Source: a virus
DNA length: 64,000 nucleotides
Direction: 5' to 3' (one strand)
IMG/VR virus record: IMGVR_UViG_3300005466_000024
Coordinates: 1 to 64,000 of that record
A model generated the notes under the pieces. It was not told the origin of the DNA. It ran no database searches and was given only the letters and a program-made list of their open reading frames with translations. The translations under genes were made by a program, and so were the position numbers. This document shows, one piece after another, positions 18,068 to 27,649 of the stretch; position 1 is the first letter of the stretch; each line of letters begins with the position of its first letter.

Positions 18068-18182
18068 GTCATCAGGGTCTTGTGTAGCGCTTCCTTATGC
18101 CGCTACAATTCGATAAAACAGTAGGTGGTTCCGACCCTGATGGTCTGTGATGGAAAGCCCCGGCGGCAACCGGGGCTTCTTC
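18068..18182. ncRNA. Candidate structured RNA in the divergent intergenic region
   Basis: Nested stems 18070-18079/18133-18142 and 18083-18089/18101-18107, followed by hairpin 18155-18178. Confidence 0.35.
18155..18178. terminator. Terminator-like hairpin
   Basis: AAGCCCCGG-CGGCAA-CCGGGGCTT followed by CTTC; A-rich on the 5' side. Confidence 0.5.
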
Positions 18183-18303
18183 AGTTGTAAGGAAAAATCA
18201 CACCACTGTGATCCTCGCCATGTCAAGAAATGCCGTGTCCCGCCCGGCCCGTGTCCGACCCGGTCGTTAAGCTGGCCTCGACGACCAGCGGAAAGGCTCG
18301 CGG

Positions 18304-20175
18304 ATGGTGGCACCGACGCCGACACGCGAAGCGTTGTCGGCGGTCGGCAATCTCGAATCCGCCCTCGCCGGCGTCGATCTCGACACCCTGGTCGTCGTCG
18401 AGCAATCCCCGTACTTCCCCGGCGTGCTGGTGTTCCAGCCGCCCGGCGAGGTGTGGGGTGCTCAGGCGTTCCTGCGTCGCTACGGTCACGATCCCGCCTG
18501 GGTCAGTCGGTTCCTGGTGCTCAACGAGGCGTTCATGCTCAGGGCCTTCGTCGATGTCCTCGAACGTGACGGTTGGACGGTGGTGTTCGGCCCTTCGGCC
18601 GCCCCGATCCTCGCCGCCTACGAGCGCTGGGACCGCCCCATCGACATCGAGGGATTCCGCTGCCCCCATGACGGCCAGCTGCATCCGTTCCAGCATTTCA
18701 TGGTGCGCCGCGCGTTGGAGCGCGCCGAGGCCGACACTACCGCCGGACGGCTCACGGTGCCGGGTTGGTGCGCGGGCGCGGGGAAGACGGCGGTGTTCGC
18801 TCCCGCTGGCGCTCAGGAGTTGGCCAATCGCGGCCAAATCGATCTGGTGCTGGCCTTCACCCTGATGCACCACAAGGTCAACCTGGTGCGCTACTTCACC
18901 GAAGCCACCACACTGACGGCGGTCGTCAACGACGGCGACAAGAAGCGTCGCCGCGCCGGCTACCGGCAGGCGCGGACCGCTGCCGGCGAGGTCGACGTCT
19001 TCAGCTTGAACTACGACAAGGCCCGCCACGACTACGACGAACTCAGCGAGATCACCCGCGGTCGGCGCGTGTTGTTCGTGTTCGATGAGGTTCAGTACGT
19101 GCTCAACGCCGAGGTCGAGAACCGTTCCCGGCTGGCGCTCAACGACCTGATCGCCGGATGTCACGCCATCGTCTGGCCCATGACGGCCTCGATCGTGGAC
19201 TCCAGTCCGTTGCGCTACCACAACCTGTTCGACCTCGCCCAGGGCGACAACCCCCTGGGTGGGCGCAACGACTTCATCGCCCGCTACGCCCGGTCGGTGA
19301 AGACCCGCGACGTGAAGCCCAAACGCGGCGGCAACTACACGGTCATCGACTACGACTGGGATTTCCCCACCCTGCACGAGGTGCGCCACCGCGTCGCCGA
19401 TCGGGTCCAGAACGCCCGCAAGTCCGATCCCGGTGTGCGCGAGGTGTTCCCGCCGTTGCAGGTGGAGTGGGTGCCCATCCAGATGAGTCCCGAGGATCGT
19501 GAACTCTACGAGGCCGTGGACCATCTCGCCGAGCTGGCCAAGGAGGCCGAGGAGGACACCGGCCCCTACACGCTCATGCGGCGCTACATCTGCAACACCC
19601 CCGAGGCCTTGTTGCATTCGTGCTCCCCGGTGGCCGCCGCGCTGCGGGACGCCTATCCGCACCTCGTGACCAGTGCCCACAGCGCCAAGCTGGCGTACTT
19701 CCTCGATCAGGTGGAGTCGATCGCCGAGGCCGGGGACAAGGTGGTCGCCTTTACCAAGTGGACGAACCTCGGGCTGCAAATGGTGCATCGCGAACTCGAG
19801 CGCCGCAAGATCCGCCACGTCGTGCACTTCGGGGCCGGCCAGAGTTCGCGCGAACGCCAGTGGGCCCAGGACCGGTTCAAGGGCGACGACAAGATCACCT
19901 TGTTCCTGTCGAGCGACGCCGGTGCCGAGGCCCTCAATCTCCAGGAGGCCCGATACTGCATCAATTACGAGCCGCCGTACTCGTATCAGAAGCTGATGCA
20001 ACGTATCAATCGGATCCACCGCGCCGACTCCCAGCATGCGGGACTGACGGCCTACGTCTACTGCACCGAGAACAGCATCGAAGAGCGTGCCCGCGATGTG
20101 TGCGAGGAGCGCCGCCAGCTGGCCGAGGCGACGCTGGGCACGAGTGAAACGCTGGAGCTGGCCGAACACCTCTGA
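18304..20175 (+). CDS. SNF2-family (SF2) helicase
   Basis: GAGKT (I), NYD, VFDEVQY (II), MTAS (III), KVVAF...HFG, FLSSDAGAEALNLQ (V), QRINRIHR (VI). Confidence 0.9.
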   Translation: MVAPTPTREALSAVGNLESALAGVDLDTLVVVEQSPYFPGVLVFQPPGEVWGAQAFLRRYGHDPAWVSRFLVLNEAFMLRAFVDVLERDGWTVVFGPSAAPILAAYERWDRPIDIEGFRCPHDGQLHPFQHFMVRRALERAEADTTAGRLTVPGWCAGAGKTAVFAPAGAQELANRGQIDLVLAFTLMHHKVNLVRYFTEATTLTAVVNDGDKKRRRAGYRQARTAAGEVDVFSLNYDKARHDYDELSEITRGRRVLFVFDEVQYVLNAEVENRSRLALNDLIAGCHAIVWPMTASIVDSSPLRYHNLFDLAQGDNPLGGRNDFIARYARSVKTRDVKPKRGGNYTVIDYDWDFPTLHEVRHRVADRVQNARKSDPGVREVFPPLQVEWVPIQMSPEDRELYEAVDHLAELAKEAEEDTGPYTLMRRYICNTPEALLHSCSPVAAALRDAYPHLVTSAHSAKLAYFLDQVESIAEAGDKVVAFTKWTNLGLQMVHRELERRKIRHVVHFGAGQSSRERQWAQDRFKGDDKITLFLSSDAGAEALNLQEARYCINYEPPYSYQKLMQRINRIHRADSQHAGLTAYVYCTENSIEERARDVCEERRQLAEATLGTSETLELAEHL

Positions 20176-20562
20176 TCAGCGCGCAGCCGCCAGTTCTTCA
20201 TTCAGTTCGTCCTCGTACTGGCCGTTTTCGTCGTCCAGCAGTCGCCGGTAGATCTCATCGACCCTGGCCCGGAAGGTGGCAGGATCACCGGAGCGTAGTT
20301 CCGGTGATCGCCCATCGATCACCTCGGTGGCCAACTGGGCCAGTCGCAGTCGGCGCTGACGCCGTTCTTCCTGCGTCTCTGGTTGCCACAGCAGCAGTGC
20401 CGATAGCGGCACGAGGGCGGCCTGGTACATGACGTGGCTGCCTGCCTGCGCCCAGCCGAGGTCGAATTTTTCCATGGCCCCCGCCGAGCCCCCGGCCTTG
20501 ATGATGGCCCCGCACGGCAGTGCCTCCAGCTGGTCGAGCCTGGTGATCTCGATGTACTTCAT
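20176..20562 (-). CDS. Hypothetical protein (128 aa)
   Basis: Probable start ATG 20562 (MKYIEITRLDQ...), ATGA overlap; stop abuts the SNF2 stop. Confidence 0.6.
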   Translation of the reverse strand: MKYIEITRLDQLEALPCGAIIKAGGSAGAMEKFDLGWAQAGSHVMYQAALVPLSALLLWQPETQEERRQRRLRLAQLATEVIDGRSPELRSGDPATFRARVDEIYRRLLDDENGQYEDELNEELAAAR

Positions 20563-20810
20563 CCTTCGTCCTTCACGTAGACGTGGTCCACCGTCCTGCG
20601 GAACAGCTCCCAGCCGTCGGACTCCGTCCCGGGGCGTCCGCGCGCTACCCACACCTGGTGTTCGCGATCCCACTTGCCGGGTTTCTGCAGGTAGTAGAAG
20701 ATGTCGTCCCCGTACTCCTCGTCGGGGTTGACCAGTAGACCGGCCCGATAGAGTACCTCGCCGAACGCGACGATCTCCTGGTAGTCGGTGGTCCATGATG
20801 TCTCGGTCAT
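20559..20810 (-). CDS. Hypothetical protein (83 aa)
   Basis: RBS GAGGAG; coupled to the next gene. Confidence 0.6.
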   Translation of the reverse strand: MTETSWTTDYQEIVAFGEVLYRAGLLVNPDEEYGDDIFYYLQKPGKWDREHQVWVARGRPGTESDGWELFRRTVDHVYVKDEG

Positions 20811-20822
20811 GATCGCGTCTCC

Positions 20823-21194
20823 TCACTTGTCCAGATAGGCCAGGCAGCCGTCGCGCACGGCATCCGGATCCCACCACGACGGCTCGTTGTCGTGATTCGT
20901 ACCCCAATCGATCAGCCAGTACTGCGCGGCCCCGTCGCATTCCTGCACCTCGGACAGATCCCACCGCGCCGTCCAATCGGGTGCCCATGACGTGGGCGGC
21001 AGTATCACGTGCGCCCAGTCCCAGGCGTGGGGTCCGATCTCGTTGTAGCCCGTCTGATAGGACTGGGAGTCGTGGTAGCTACTCGCCATGTGGAGGTTGA
21101 CGAGACCGGCGACGGCCGTGATGGCGAGTGCGGCCGTCGCCACCAGTGTGATGACCAGTGTGCGTGCTGAATGCTCGGGCTTCATGGTGGTCAT
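20823..21194 (-). CDS. Membrane-anchored/secreted hypothetical protein (123 aa)
   Basis: N-terminal hydrophobic helix, Trp/Asp-rich ectodomain with two Cys; RBS GAAAGG. Confidence 0.6.
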   Translation of the reverse strand: MTTMKPEHSARTLVITLVATAALAITAVAGLVNLHMASSYHDSQSYQTGYNEIGPHAWDWAHVILPPTSWAPDWTARWDLSEVQECDGAAQYWLIDWGTNHDNEPSWWDPDAVRDGCLAYLDK

Positions 21195-21304
21195 TGTCTA
21201 CCTTTCCACTTACTGCAACACACTTGCTCACGCAATTGTTTCCTACCCCTTATACCCCCTGGTTATCTCCTCCCTGTACTGGTTTGCGTGATAGAGTTCC
21301 CGAC

Positions 21305-22762
21305 ATGCTCTCCGGTATCGGAAACCCGAAGCCCACCGATGAACAGCAGGCCATTATCGAGGCCGCCCGTGAGGGCGGCCACGTGGCCATCCAGGCCGGC
21401 GCGGGTACGGGCAAGACGTCCACCTTGCAGATGGTGGCCGATGCGCTGCCCACCGATGCCCTTTACGTGGCCTACAACCGCGCCATCGCCGATGACGCGG
21501 CGATGCGGTTCCCACGCCACGTGACTTGCCGCACCGCCCATTCGCTCGCGATGCGCGAGGTCGGCAAGGACTACCGCCACCGCCTCAACGGCCCGCGGCG
21601 CACCAATCGGGAGATCGCCCAGATGATGGGCCTGCGCTGGCTCGAGGTGACCTCCGACATCAGGTTGTCGCCTGCGCAGGTGGCCCGCATCGTCATGGAC
21701 ACCGTTCGCCGGTTCTGTTTCTCCGCCGACGAGCACCTGTCCGATTTCCACGTGCCGCTGCAACCCAAGATCACCGGCACCGCTCATCGCGCCATGGCGA
21801 AGGCCGTGGCACCGCTGGCCACCAAGTACTGGAACGACGTGATCGACCACAACGGCACGCTGCCCTATACCCACGATTTTTATCTCAAGACCTGGGCCTT
21901 GACGAAACCTATCCTGCCGGTCGACGTGATCTTTTTGGATGAGGGCCAAGACGCTAACCCAGTGATTGCTGCCCTGGTCGAAAACCAGTCGCACGCTCAG
22001 CAAATCGTTGTTGGTGACGCCTGCCAGCAACTCTATAGCTGGCGAGGGGCCTCCGATGTGTTGTCGACCTGGCCGGGGGCCCGCCAACTCTACCTGTCGC
22101 AGTCCTGGCGCTTTGGGGAGGCCATCGCAGAAGAGGCCAACAAGTGGCTGTCCCTGCTGCCCACGTCGCTGGAGTTGACCGGCAATCCGGCCATCACGTC
22201 GCGCCTGGCGGTTCTGGAAACTCCCACTGCGGTGTTGTGCCGTACCAACGCGGGGGCGATGGACATGGTGATGGCGTTCCTGGACGCCGGGGAGAAGGTG
22301 GCCATGGTGGGCGGCGGAACTGCCTTGTGCCAGCTGGCCGAGGCCGCGAAGACGTTGATGGCCGGGCAGCGTACCGGTCATCCGGAGCTGTACACCTTCC
22401 GCAGCTGGGAGGACGTCCGCGACTATGTCGGTACCGACGGCTCCGGCGATGACCTGCGGGCGTTCGTCAACCTGATCGAAACGCACGGCCCCGACGCGAT
22501 CATCCGCGCCACCAAGGCCCTGACCGATGAGTTCCACGCCACCACGGTGGTGTCGACGGTTCATCGCGCGAAAGGGCGTCAGTGGCCCACTGTGTGTGTG
22601 GGTGACGATTTCTTTGGCCCTGATGACGATGGCCACCTGTCCTCGGCCGAGACGATGGTGGGTTATGTCGCGGTCACCCGGGCGCAGGAGGTTCTCGACC
22701 GAACCGGGCTGGCCTGGATCGACGATTACGTCGACCGTCTCACCTCAGATACGACGGAGTGA
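21305..22762 (+). CDS. UvrD/Rep-like SF1 helicase
   Basis: PTDEQ, AGAGTGKT, FLDEGQD, VGD-CQQLYSWRGA, LSQSWRFG, LCRTNA, STVHRAKG, YVAVTRA; probable start ATG 21305. Confidence 0.9.
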   Translation: MLSGIGNPKPTDEQQAIIEAAREGGHVAIQAGAGTGKTSTLQMVADALPTDALYVAYNRAIADDAAMRFPRHVTCRTAHSLAMREVGKDYRHRLNGPRRTNREIAQMMGLRWLEVTSDIRLSPAQVARIVMDTVRRFCFSADEHLSDFHVPLQPKITGTAHRAMAKAVAPLATKYWNDVIDHNGTLPYTHDFYLKTWALTKPILPVDVIFLDEGQDANPVIAALVENQSHAQQIVVGDACQQLYSWRGASDVLSTWPGARQLYLSQSWRFGEAIAEEANKWLSLLPTSLELTGNPAITSRLAVLETPTAVLCRTNAGAMDMVMAFLDAGEKVAMVGGGTALCQLAEAAKTLMAGQRTGHPELYTFRSWEDVRDYVGTDGSGDDLRAFVNLIETHGPDAIIRATKALTDEFHATTVVSTVHRAKGRQWPTVCVGDDFFGPDDDGHLSSAETMVGYVAVTRAQEVLDRTGLAWIDDYVDRLTSDTTE

Positions 22763-25700
22763 GCTGGCACGAGTACACCCAGACCTTGGGCGACAGGATC
22801 CTGGCCTGGACGACCATCTCGTTGACCGGGGCCGTGGTGGACACGATGGCGGCGGCCTGCGACGAGTAGGCCAGGGGGGTGACGTCGTGCAGGAACGCGC
22901 TGGCGCCACCGAGTTGGATGAAGTAGCGCACGTGGGCCACCTCGCACCATAGGTCGGAGAGATACAGCTCGTCGACGTCGTCGCCCGAGAGCACCAGCTC
23001 CACGGTGTAAACCTGGTTGGACGAGTCGGGGATCTCGAACCAGTTGCTGCTGGCCTGCTGCCAGTAACCGACGGCCGGCGCGAGACTCTGTTCGTAGATG
23101 TACACTCCGTCGAACATGCGACGCAGCCGCAGGGTGATCTGGTTGTCATTGGCGAGAGGTTTGAGCCAGGTCGCATTGATGCGCGCCAGCCCGTTGGAGA
23201 TGAAGTTCGTCCACTGCCGAACCTTGACACCGGCTTCCTCACCGCCGACCGCCCGCCGGAAGTGCAGTACCCGCTGACCCTGGTAGGTGCGGTTGGGGTC
23301 GACGTCGATGGCGACCAGCTGGCGTCGCTCACCCCAGGCGGTGGCGGCATCGCCCCACGTGGCGAAGGTGTCGCCCCATGTTCCGCTGGGAATGGAGTCG
23401 GGAATGGTGGTGGTGTAGTAGGCCAGGGCGCTCGAGGAGATGTTGGTGTCGGCCGGGTCGAGCTGCGCCCACATCGAGTCGGAGCGCACGCTGCCCGAAT
23501 CGGATAGCGCCGCGGTGACCTTGGTGAAGGTGGACGTGGTGATGAAGTCCTTGTAGATGGTGGCGTCCACGGTGTCCCCGGAATTCATCCTCAGGAAGTC
23601 GAACCATGCCGTACCCGAGGTGGCGTGACTGCTGACGATGAACGCCACCTGGGCGCCGTCCACCCCGTCGGGCACCGTCCAGGTGCCCGACATGGTGACG
23701 TAGTCGTTCTGGCTGCTGGAGCTGGATGTGGGGGTTCCGCCGGTCGTCAGCGCGCCCTTTCCCGACAGGGTGGTGCCCATCTTGAACTGCTTGGCGACTG
23801 CGCTCACCGTCAGTCTGCCCCGTCCGGCCGCTGCATCGGCGACCCCGAATTGCGGTTTGGCCACGGCGCTCAATGCGCCGTGGCCAGCCGTGTAAATGGG
23901 TACGTTCCACGCGCCCGATCCGGCGCGCCACGATCTGATGGTGGTCAGCTGTCCGTGGCCGCCGACCGTGGCGGGTAGCCGATATTGGGTGATGACGGCG
24001 GTGGCGGTGAGGACGCCTCGGCCGCCGAGGGCTGCGGTCACCTCGTTCATGGTCATGGGGATCCCGGCGCGTATCAGCATCGGGGGTGCCATCGAACTGT
24101 CCGAGATCACGGTGGTGCGCACCACGGTGTCCCCGGACAGTTCGACGACTGCCATCTGCAGGGCCTGCTGGCCGGTGTCGACGACCAGGTCTTCCCAGCG
24201 CACCGCTGCGGTGAAGTCGATTACGTCACCAGGGGTTAGATCCTGGCTGGCTCCGACTGCGACGATGTGCGGGGAGACCAGGACGGCCTGCGTCCCGTTG
24301 GCGGTGGCCTTCGCGGCGCCGGGGTACATGTAACCACTGAACTGTGAGCCGTCCCAGCTCCAGTCCCCGGATGCTACTGTCCAGTCCCCCAGCCCGAGAT
24401 CGAAGTCGGCGTTGTCCATCGAGAAGATTTTGCCGGCCGTGGAGATCGGGCCGGTGTCGAGTGTCCGGATGTTGTCGAACACCCACTGCGAGGGGTCGTA
24501 GCTGCTGAAGATGAAGCTGACGGGGTCCTGGTTGGCGATGTAGGTGGTGGCCAGTGCCTGGATTTCGCGCACCCCGGCGAAGTAGGCCAGGCCTGCGTCC
24601 ACTGTCACGGTGCGGGTGTCGTAGCGGTGGATGCTGGTGGTGGTGAACCGGTACCGGGTTTCGAGTGTGCGCTTGCGGGCGGTCACCACCTGGGTGGCGG
24701 CGGTGATGCCGTTCATCACCGCGGCCGCCATTTTCAGGGTGCCACCGGGGAACACCCACCAATCCTGACCCTGGATCGGCAGTGACGGCGGGATCGCGGT
24801 GGCGGTGCCCAGCGGTCCGGTGGGGAACGAGGCGCTCAGCGCCCCACTGACCGGGTCAAGTACCGAGGATACGTTCTGCACGACCGTCGTCCGGTTGATC
24901 TCGTTGATCGCGTGGTTGGCCAGTGTGCCCGCGTCCATCATGGGTCGCCGGTACACCCACGGCGAGCCGGCCTCGGTGCGGGTGGAGGTGGTGATCGAGG
25001 TTTGTGCCGTGCCCGGCAGCGATCCGGTTACGAATCCCTGCCCGGCGGTCACCGTGACGGTTTGGGTAACCGGGGTGAATGCGGTGGACAGTGCCCGCTG
25101 CACGGTGGACGGGTTGAGCCAGTTGACGCTGCCGCTGCCGATGCCCTGCAGCACCCCCGCCCCCACGTTCAACAGTCCCGACACGATGCCGAGCAGGCCG
25201 GGGTTGGCCCTGGCCTGCAGGGTGGCCTGCGCGGTCACCGTCATCGGGAACACGAGGTAGGACGTCGTGATGCCGGTGTCGTACACCGGGTAGGGTTCCT
25301 CGGTCAGGTTCGAGAATTCGCATTTGAGGTATTTCATGCGGATGGCTTGCGGCAAGAACAACCGGCCCTTCTGGGTGACGTAGTTCACCCATACCGGCGT
25401 CCAGGTCTTGGTCTCGTAGATCGATTCGTGGGTGCCCCCGGTGCCGTACTGCTGCAGTGTCCACGCGGAGGCGTAGATCGCGTTGTCCAGCGTGGTGGAG
25501 GGGATGGTGCCGTCCGGGTTCGGGATCACCGGCGCGGGGAACGTGTACACGGTCGGGTTGGCCTGAAAGGCCGTTTGCCCCGCCGCGACGTCCTCCATCT
25601 TGATGATGTGGGCACTGAAGGTGCCACGGAAGTCGGTGAACCCTGCCTCCCCATCGAGGGTGATCAGTGCCGGCAGGTCGTCGGGGGTCGCCGTCAGCGA

Positions 25701-27620
25701 CCCCACGACGGTGCCGTCGCGGGTGGTCACTGACATGGTCACGGTGTCCTCGTCGATCACGCCGGAGGCGGCGTAACTCCAGCCGACCACGATGCGCAGC
25801 GTCCGGTACTGCTGGAACGGCGGCGACAGCGGTACCGAATAGGTTTGCGTCGCAGTCCCATTGGTGAGTTCCAGGGTGATTTCGCCCGCCCCGGCGTCGT
25901 AGAAGATCTTCGGCCAGTACTGGTCCTCGGACGGCGGGTGTGCGGTGCCGGTGGTGACGATTCCGACCTTGACGGTGGGAGCCGGATCGGTGCCGGTCAG
26001 TGCGCTGATTCCCGACATCACCGGGATCGGCTGCTGGCCGAGTGCGCCGCGGAAGGTTACCGTCCACGGCCCGCCGTCGTCACCGACGACCAGGACGTCA
26101 CCCACCCCGATACCGGGGAGGGCCTCCAGCGCGGCGACCATGTCGGCGCTGGAGGCGTCGTGGGCCAGGGCAGCGGTGATCTCGCCCTCGAAGTCCAGTG
26201 CGAAGGTGCCGCCGGTGGCGTCACCGACGATGGTGACGCTCTGCACGGCGTCCACGCCGGGGGTGACGCCGAACAGGACGGGGTTCTGCGGGGGTGCACC
26301 ACCCTGGCCACCGGCGCTGACGGTGTCCACGGTCACGGTGCCGCCCGACGACAGCGACGCGGCTGCCCCCATGGTGGCCAACTCCAGCCCACCCAGGCTG
26401 TTCTGGAAGGTCACCACCCAGGTGCCACCGGCGCCGCCCTGTACGCGTACGTTTCCGGCCCCGATGGCGGGCAGCGCCTCGAGCGCGCTCTGTACCTGGG
26501 CGGCGGTGGCCAGACGGGCGATGGGGTCGGTGACCTCACTGGCGTAGGTGAGGGTGAAGGTGCCGGTGGCGTTGGCAGGGGACACTGCGACGGTCTGTAC
26601 GGCGTTGGTGGCGACTGCAGCGAAATCCGGCGTCCATTCGATGCCGATCCACAGGTTCTGGCTCACCATGGGCCCCAGCGCCAGCGGGAACTGGTAGCTG
26701 CAGGTGCCACCGAAATCACTGGTGTCGATCAGCCCGACGCCCGACGTCCAGCGGGTGTCGTCCTCGAAGTCCGGGGCCAACGATTGCGGGGACAATTTGA
26801 GTGACCCGACGGTGTCGTCGTTGCTGTAGTAGAGGTTCAACGTCTGGTTGACGTAGACCGGGTCGAGATAGAAGGCGTCCACCAGTTGCGGGTCGCCGTC
26901 CATGGTGCGCAGGTCGAGGTAGAGGTTGACCACGGCGGCCGGATCGGGCTGCGGGGCGCTGCGCCAGAACGTGTTGGGGTTGTCATCGATGGCCTTGGCG
27001 GCGTTCCAGTCCTTGATGTAGGCGCTGATGACGTTGCCGAGGGTGTCCTGGGTGTCGACCAGCGGCATCTTGCCGTTGGCCCGGTCGTAGACGTCGCGGC
27101 GCAGCAGCAGGTTCTGCACCCCGACCACGTACGGTGCGGTGCCCACGGTGGGGTCGTAGATCCGGGTGAACCGTAGTTGTACACCCTTGGCGATGATCGG
27201 GTAGATCTGGCTCCGGTAGGTATACCAGCTCCCTTGCGTGGACGTGGACAGGGTGACGCTGACCGGCATGCGCGCGGTGTTGAGCATCTGGCACCAGTTG
27301 TTCTGCGGATCCTGATACCACGCTTCGATGCGGCAGGACACCCGCAACGCCATGAAGCTCAGCTGCGACAGCGACAACGGCTGCTTGAAGATCGCGGTGA
27401 GCACCTCGGTGGTGCCGTCGTTGCCGGGCCGCGGCTGGGAGAACCACTGCCGGTTAGTGGCGCTGCCGCCGGACACGATCGGCTGGTTGGGGGCGCCGGG
27501 GTGCGCGACGATGACTTCTTCGATGAGGTTGGCCAGGCCCAGCGGGATGGAGAAGTCGTAGTACATTCCCGTGACGGCGTTCGTCCGGGTGGAGCCAACG
27601 GCGGTGAACGGCGAGGTCAC
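22740..27620 (-). CDS. Large minor tail/baseplate protein (1626 aa), probable receptor-binding
   Basis: Last gene of the baseplate operon; discoidin-like AKAIDDNPNTFW, two copies of a VQTV...GGTF-L...ALEALP-IG domain, CBM-like C-terminal domain. Confidence 0.75.
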   Translation of the reverse strand: MTSPFTAVGSTRTNAVTGMYYDFSIPLGLANLIEEVIVAHPGAPNQPIVSGGSATNRQWFSQPRPGNDGTTEVLTAIFKQPLSLSQLSFMALRVSCRIEAWYQDPQNNWCQMLNTARMPVSVTLSTSTQGSWYTYRSQIYPIIAKGVQLRFTRIYDPTVGTAPYVVGVQNLLLRRDVYDRANGKMPLVDTQDTLGNVISAYIKDWNAAKAIDDNPNTFWRSAPQPDPAAVVNLYLDLRTMDGDPQLVDAFYLDPVYVNQTLNLYYSNDDTVGSLKLSPQSLAPDFEDDTRWTSGVGLIDTSDFGGTCSYQFPLALGPMVSQNLWIGIEWTPDFAAVATNAVQTVAVSPANATGTFTLTYASEVTDPIARLATAAQVQSALEALPAIGAGNVRVQGGAGGTWVVTFQNSLGGLELATMGAAASLSSGGTVTVDTVSAGGQGGAPPQNPVLFGVTPGVDAVQSVTIVGDATGGTFALDFEGEITAALAHDASSADMVAALEALPGIGVGDVLVVGDDGGPWTVTFRGALGQQPIPVMSGISALTGTDPAPTVKVGIVTTGTAHPPSEDQYWPKIFYDAGAGEITLELTNGTATQTYSVPLSPPFQQYRTLRIVVGWSYAASGVIDEDTVTMSVTTRDGTVVGSLTATPDDLPALITLDGEAGFTDFRGTFSAHIIKMEDVAAGQTAFQANPTVYTFPAPVIPNPDGTIPSTTLDNAIYASAWTLQQYGTGGTHESIYETKTWTPVWVNYVTQKGRLFLPQAIRMKYLKCEFSNLTEEPYPVYDTGITTSYLVFPMTVTAQATLQARANPGLLGIVSGLLNVGAGVLQGIGSGSVNWLNPSTVQRALSTAFTPVTQTVTVTAGQGFVTGSLPGTAQTSITTSTRTEAGSPWVYRRPMMDAGTLANHAINEINRTTVVQNVSSVLDPVSGALSASFPTGPLGTATAIPPSLPIQGQDWWVFPGGTLKMAAAVMNGITAATQVVTARKRTLETRYRFTTTSIHRYDTRTVTVDAGLAYFAGVREIQALATTYIANQDPVSFIFSSYDPSQWVFDNIRTLDTGPISTAGKIFSMDNADFDLGLGDWTVASGDWSWDGSQFSGYMYPGAAKATANGTQAVLVSPHIVAVGASQDLTPGDVIDFTAAVRWEDLVVDTGQQALQMAVVELSGDTVVRTTVISDSSMAPPMLIRAGIPMTMNEVTAALGGRGVLTATAVITQYRLPATVGGHGQLTTIRSWRAGSGAWNVPIYTAGHGALSAVAKPQFGVADAAAGRGRLTVSAVAKQFKMGTTLSGKGALTTGGTPTSSSSSQNDYVTMSGTWTVPDGVDGAQVAFIVSSHATSGTAWFDFLRMNSGDTVDATIYKDFITTSTFTKVTAALSDSGSVRSDSMWAQLDPADTNISSSALAYYTTTIPDSIPSGTWGDTFATWGDAATAWGERRQLVAIDVDPNRTYQGQRVLHFRRAVGGEEAGVKVRQWTNFISNGLARINATWLKPLANDNQITLRLRRMFDGVYIYEQSLAPAVGYWQQASSNWFEIPDSSNQVYTVELVLSGDDVDELYLSDLWCEVAHVRYFIQLGGASAFLHDVTPLAYSSQAAAIVSTTAPVNEMVVQARILSPKVWVYSCQLTPSYLR

Positions 27621-27649
27621 ACCCTTTCCGCCGCCGCCCTCTGCTTAGC

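Noticed and set aside
22740-22762. 23-bp convergent overlap of UvrD-like helicase and tail protein
   Set aside because: Short tail-to-tail overlaps are common in compact phage genomes.
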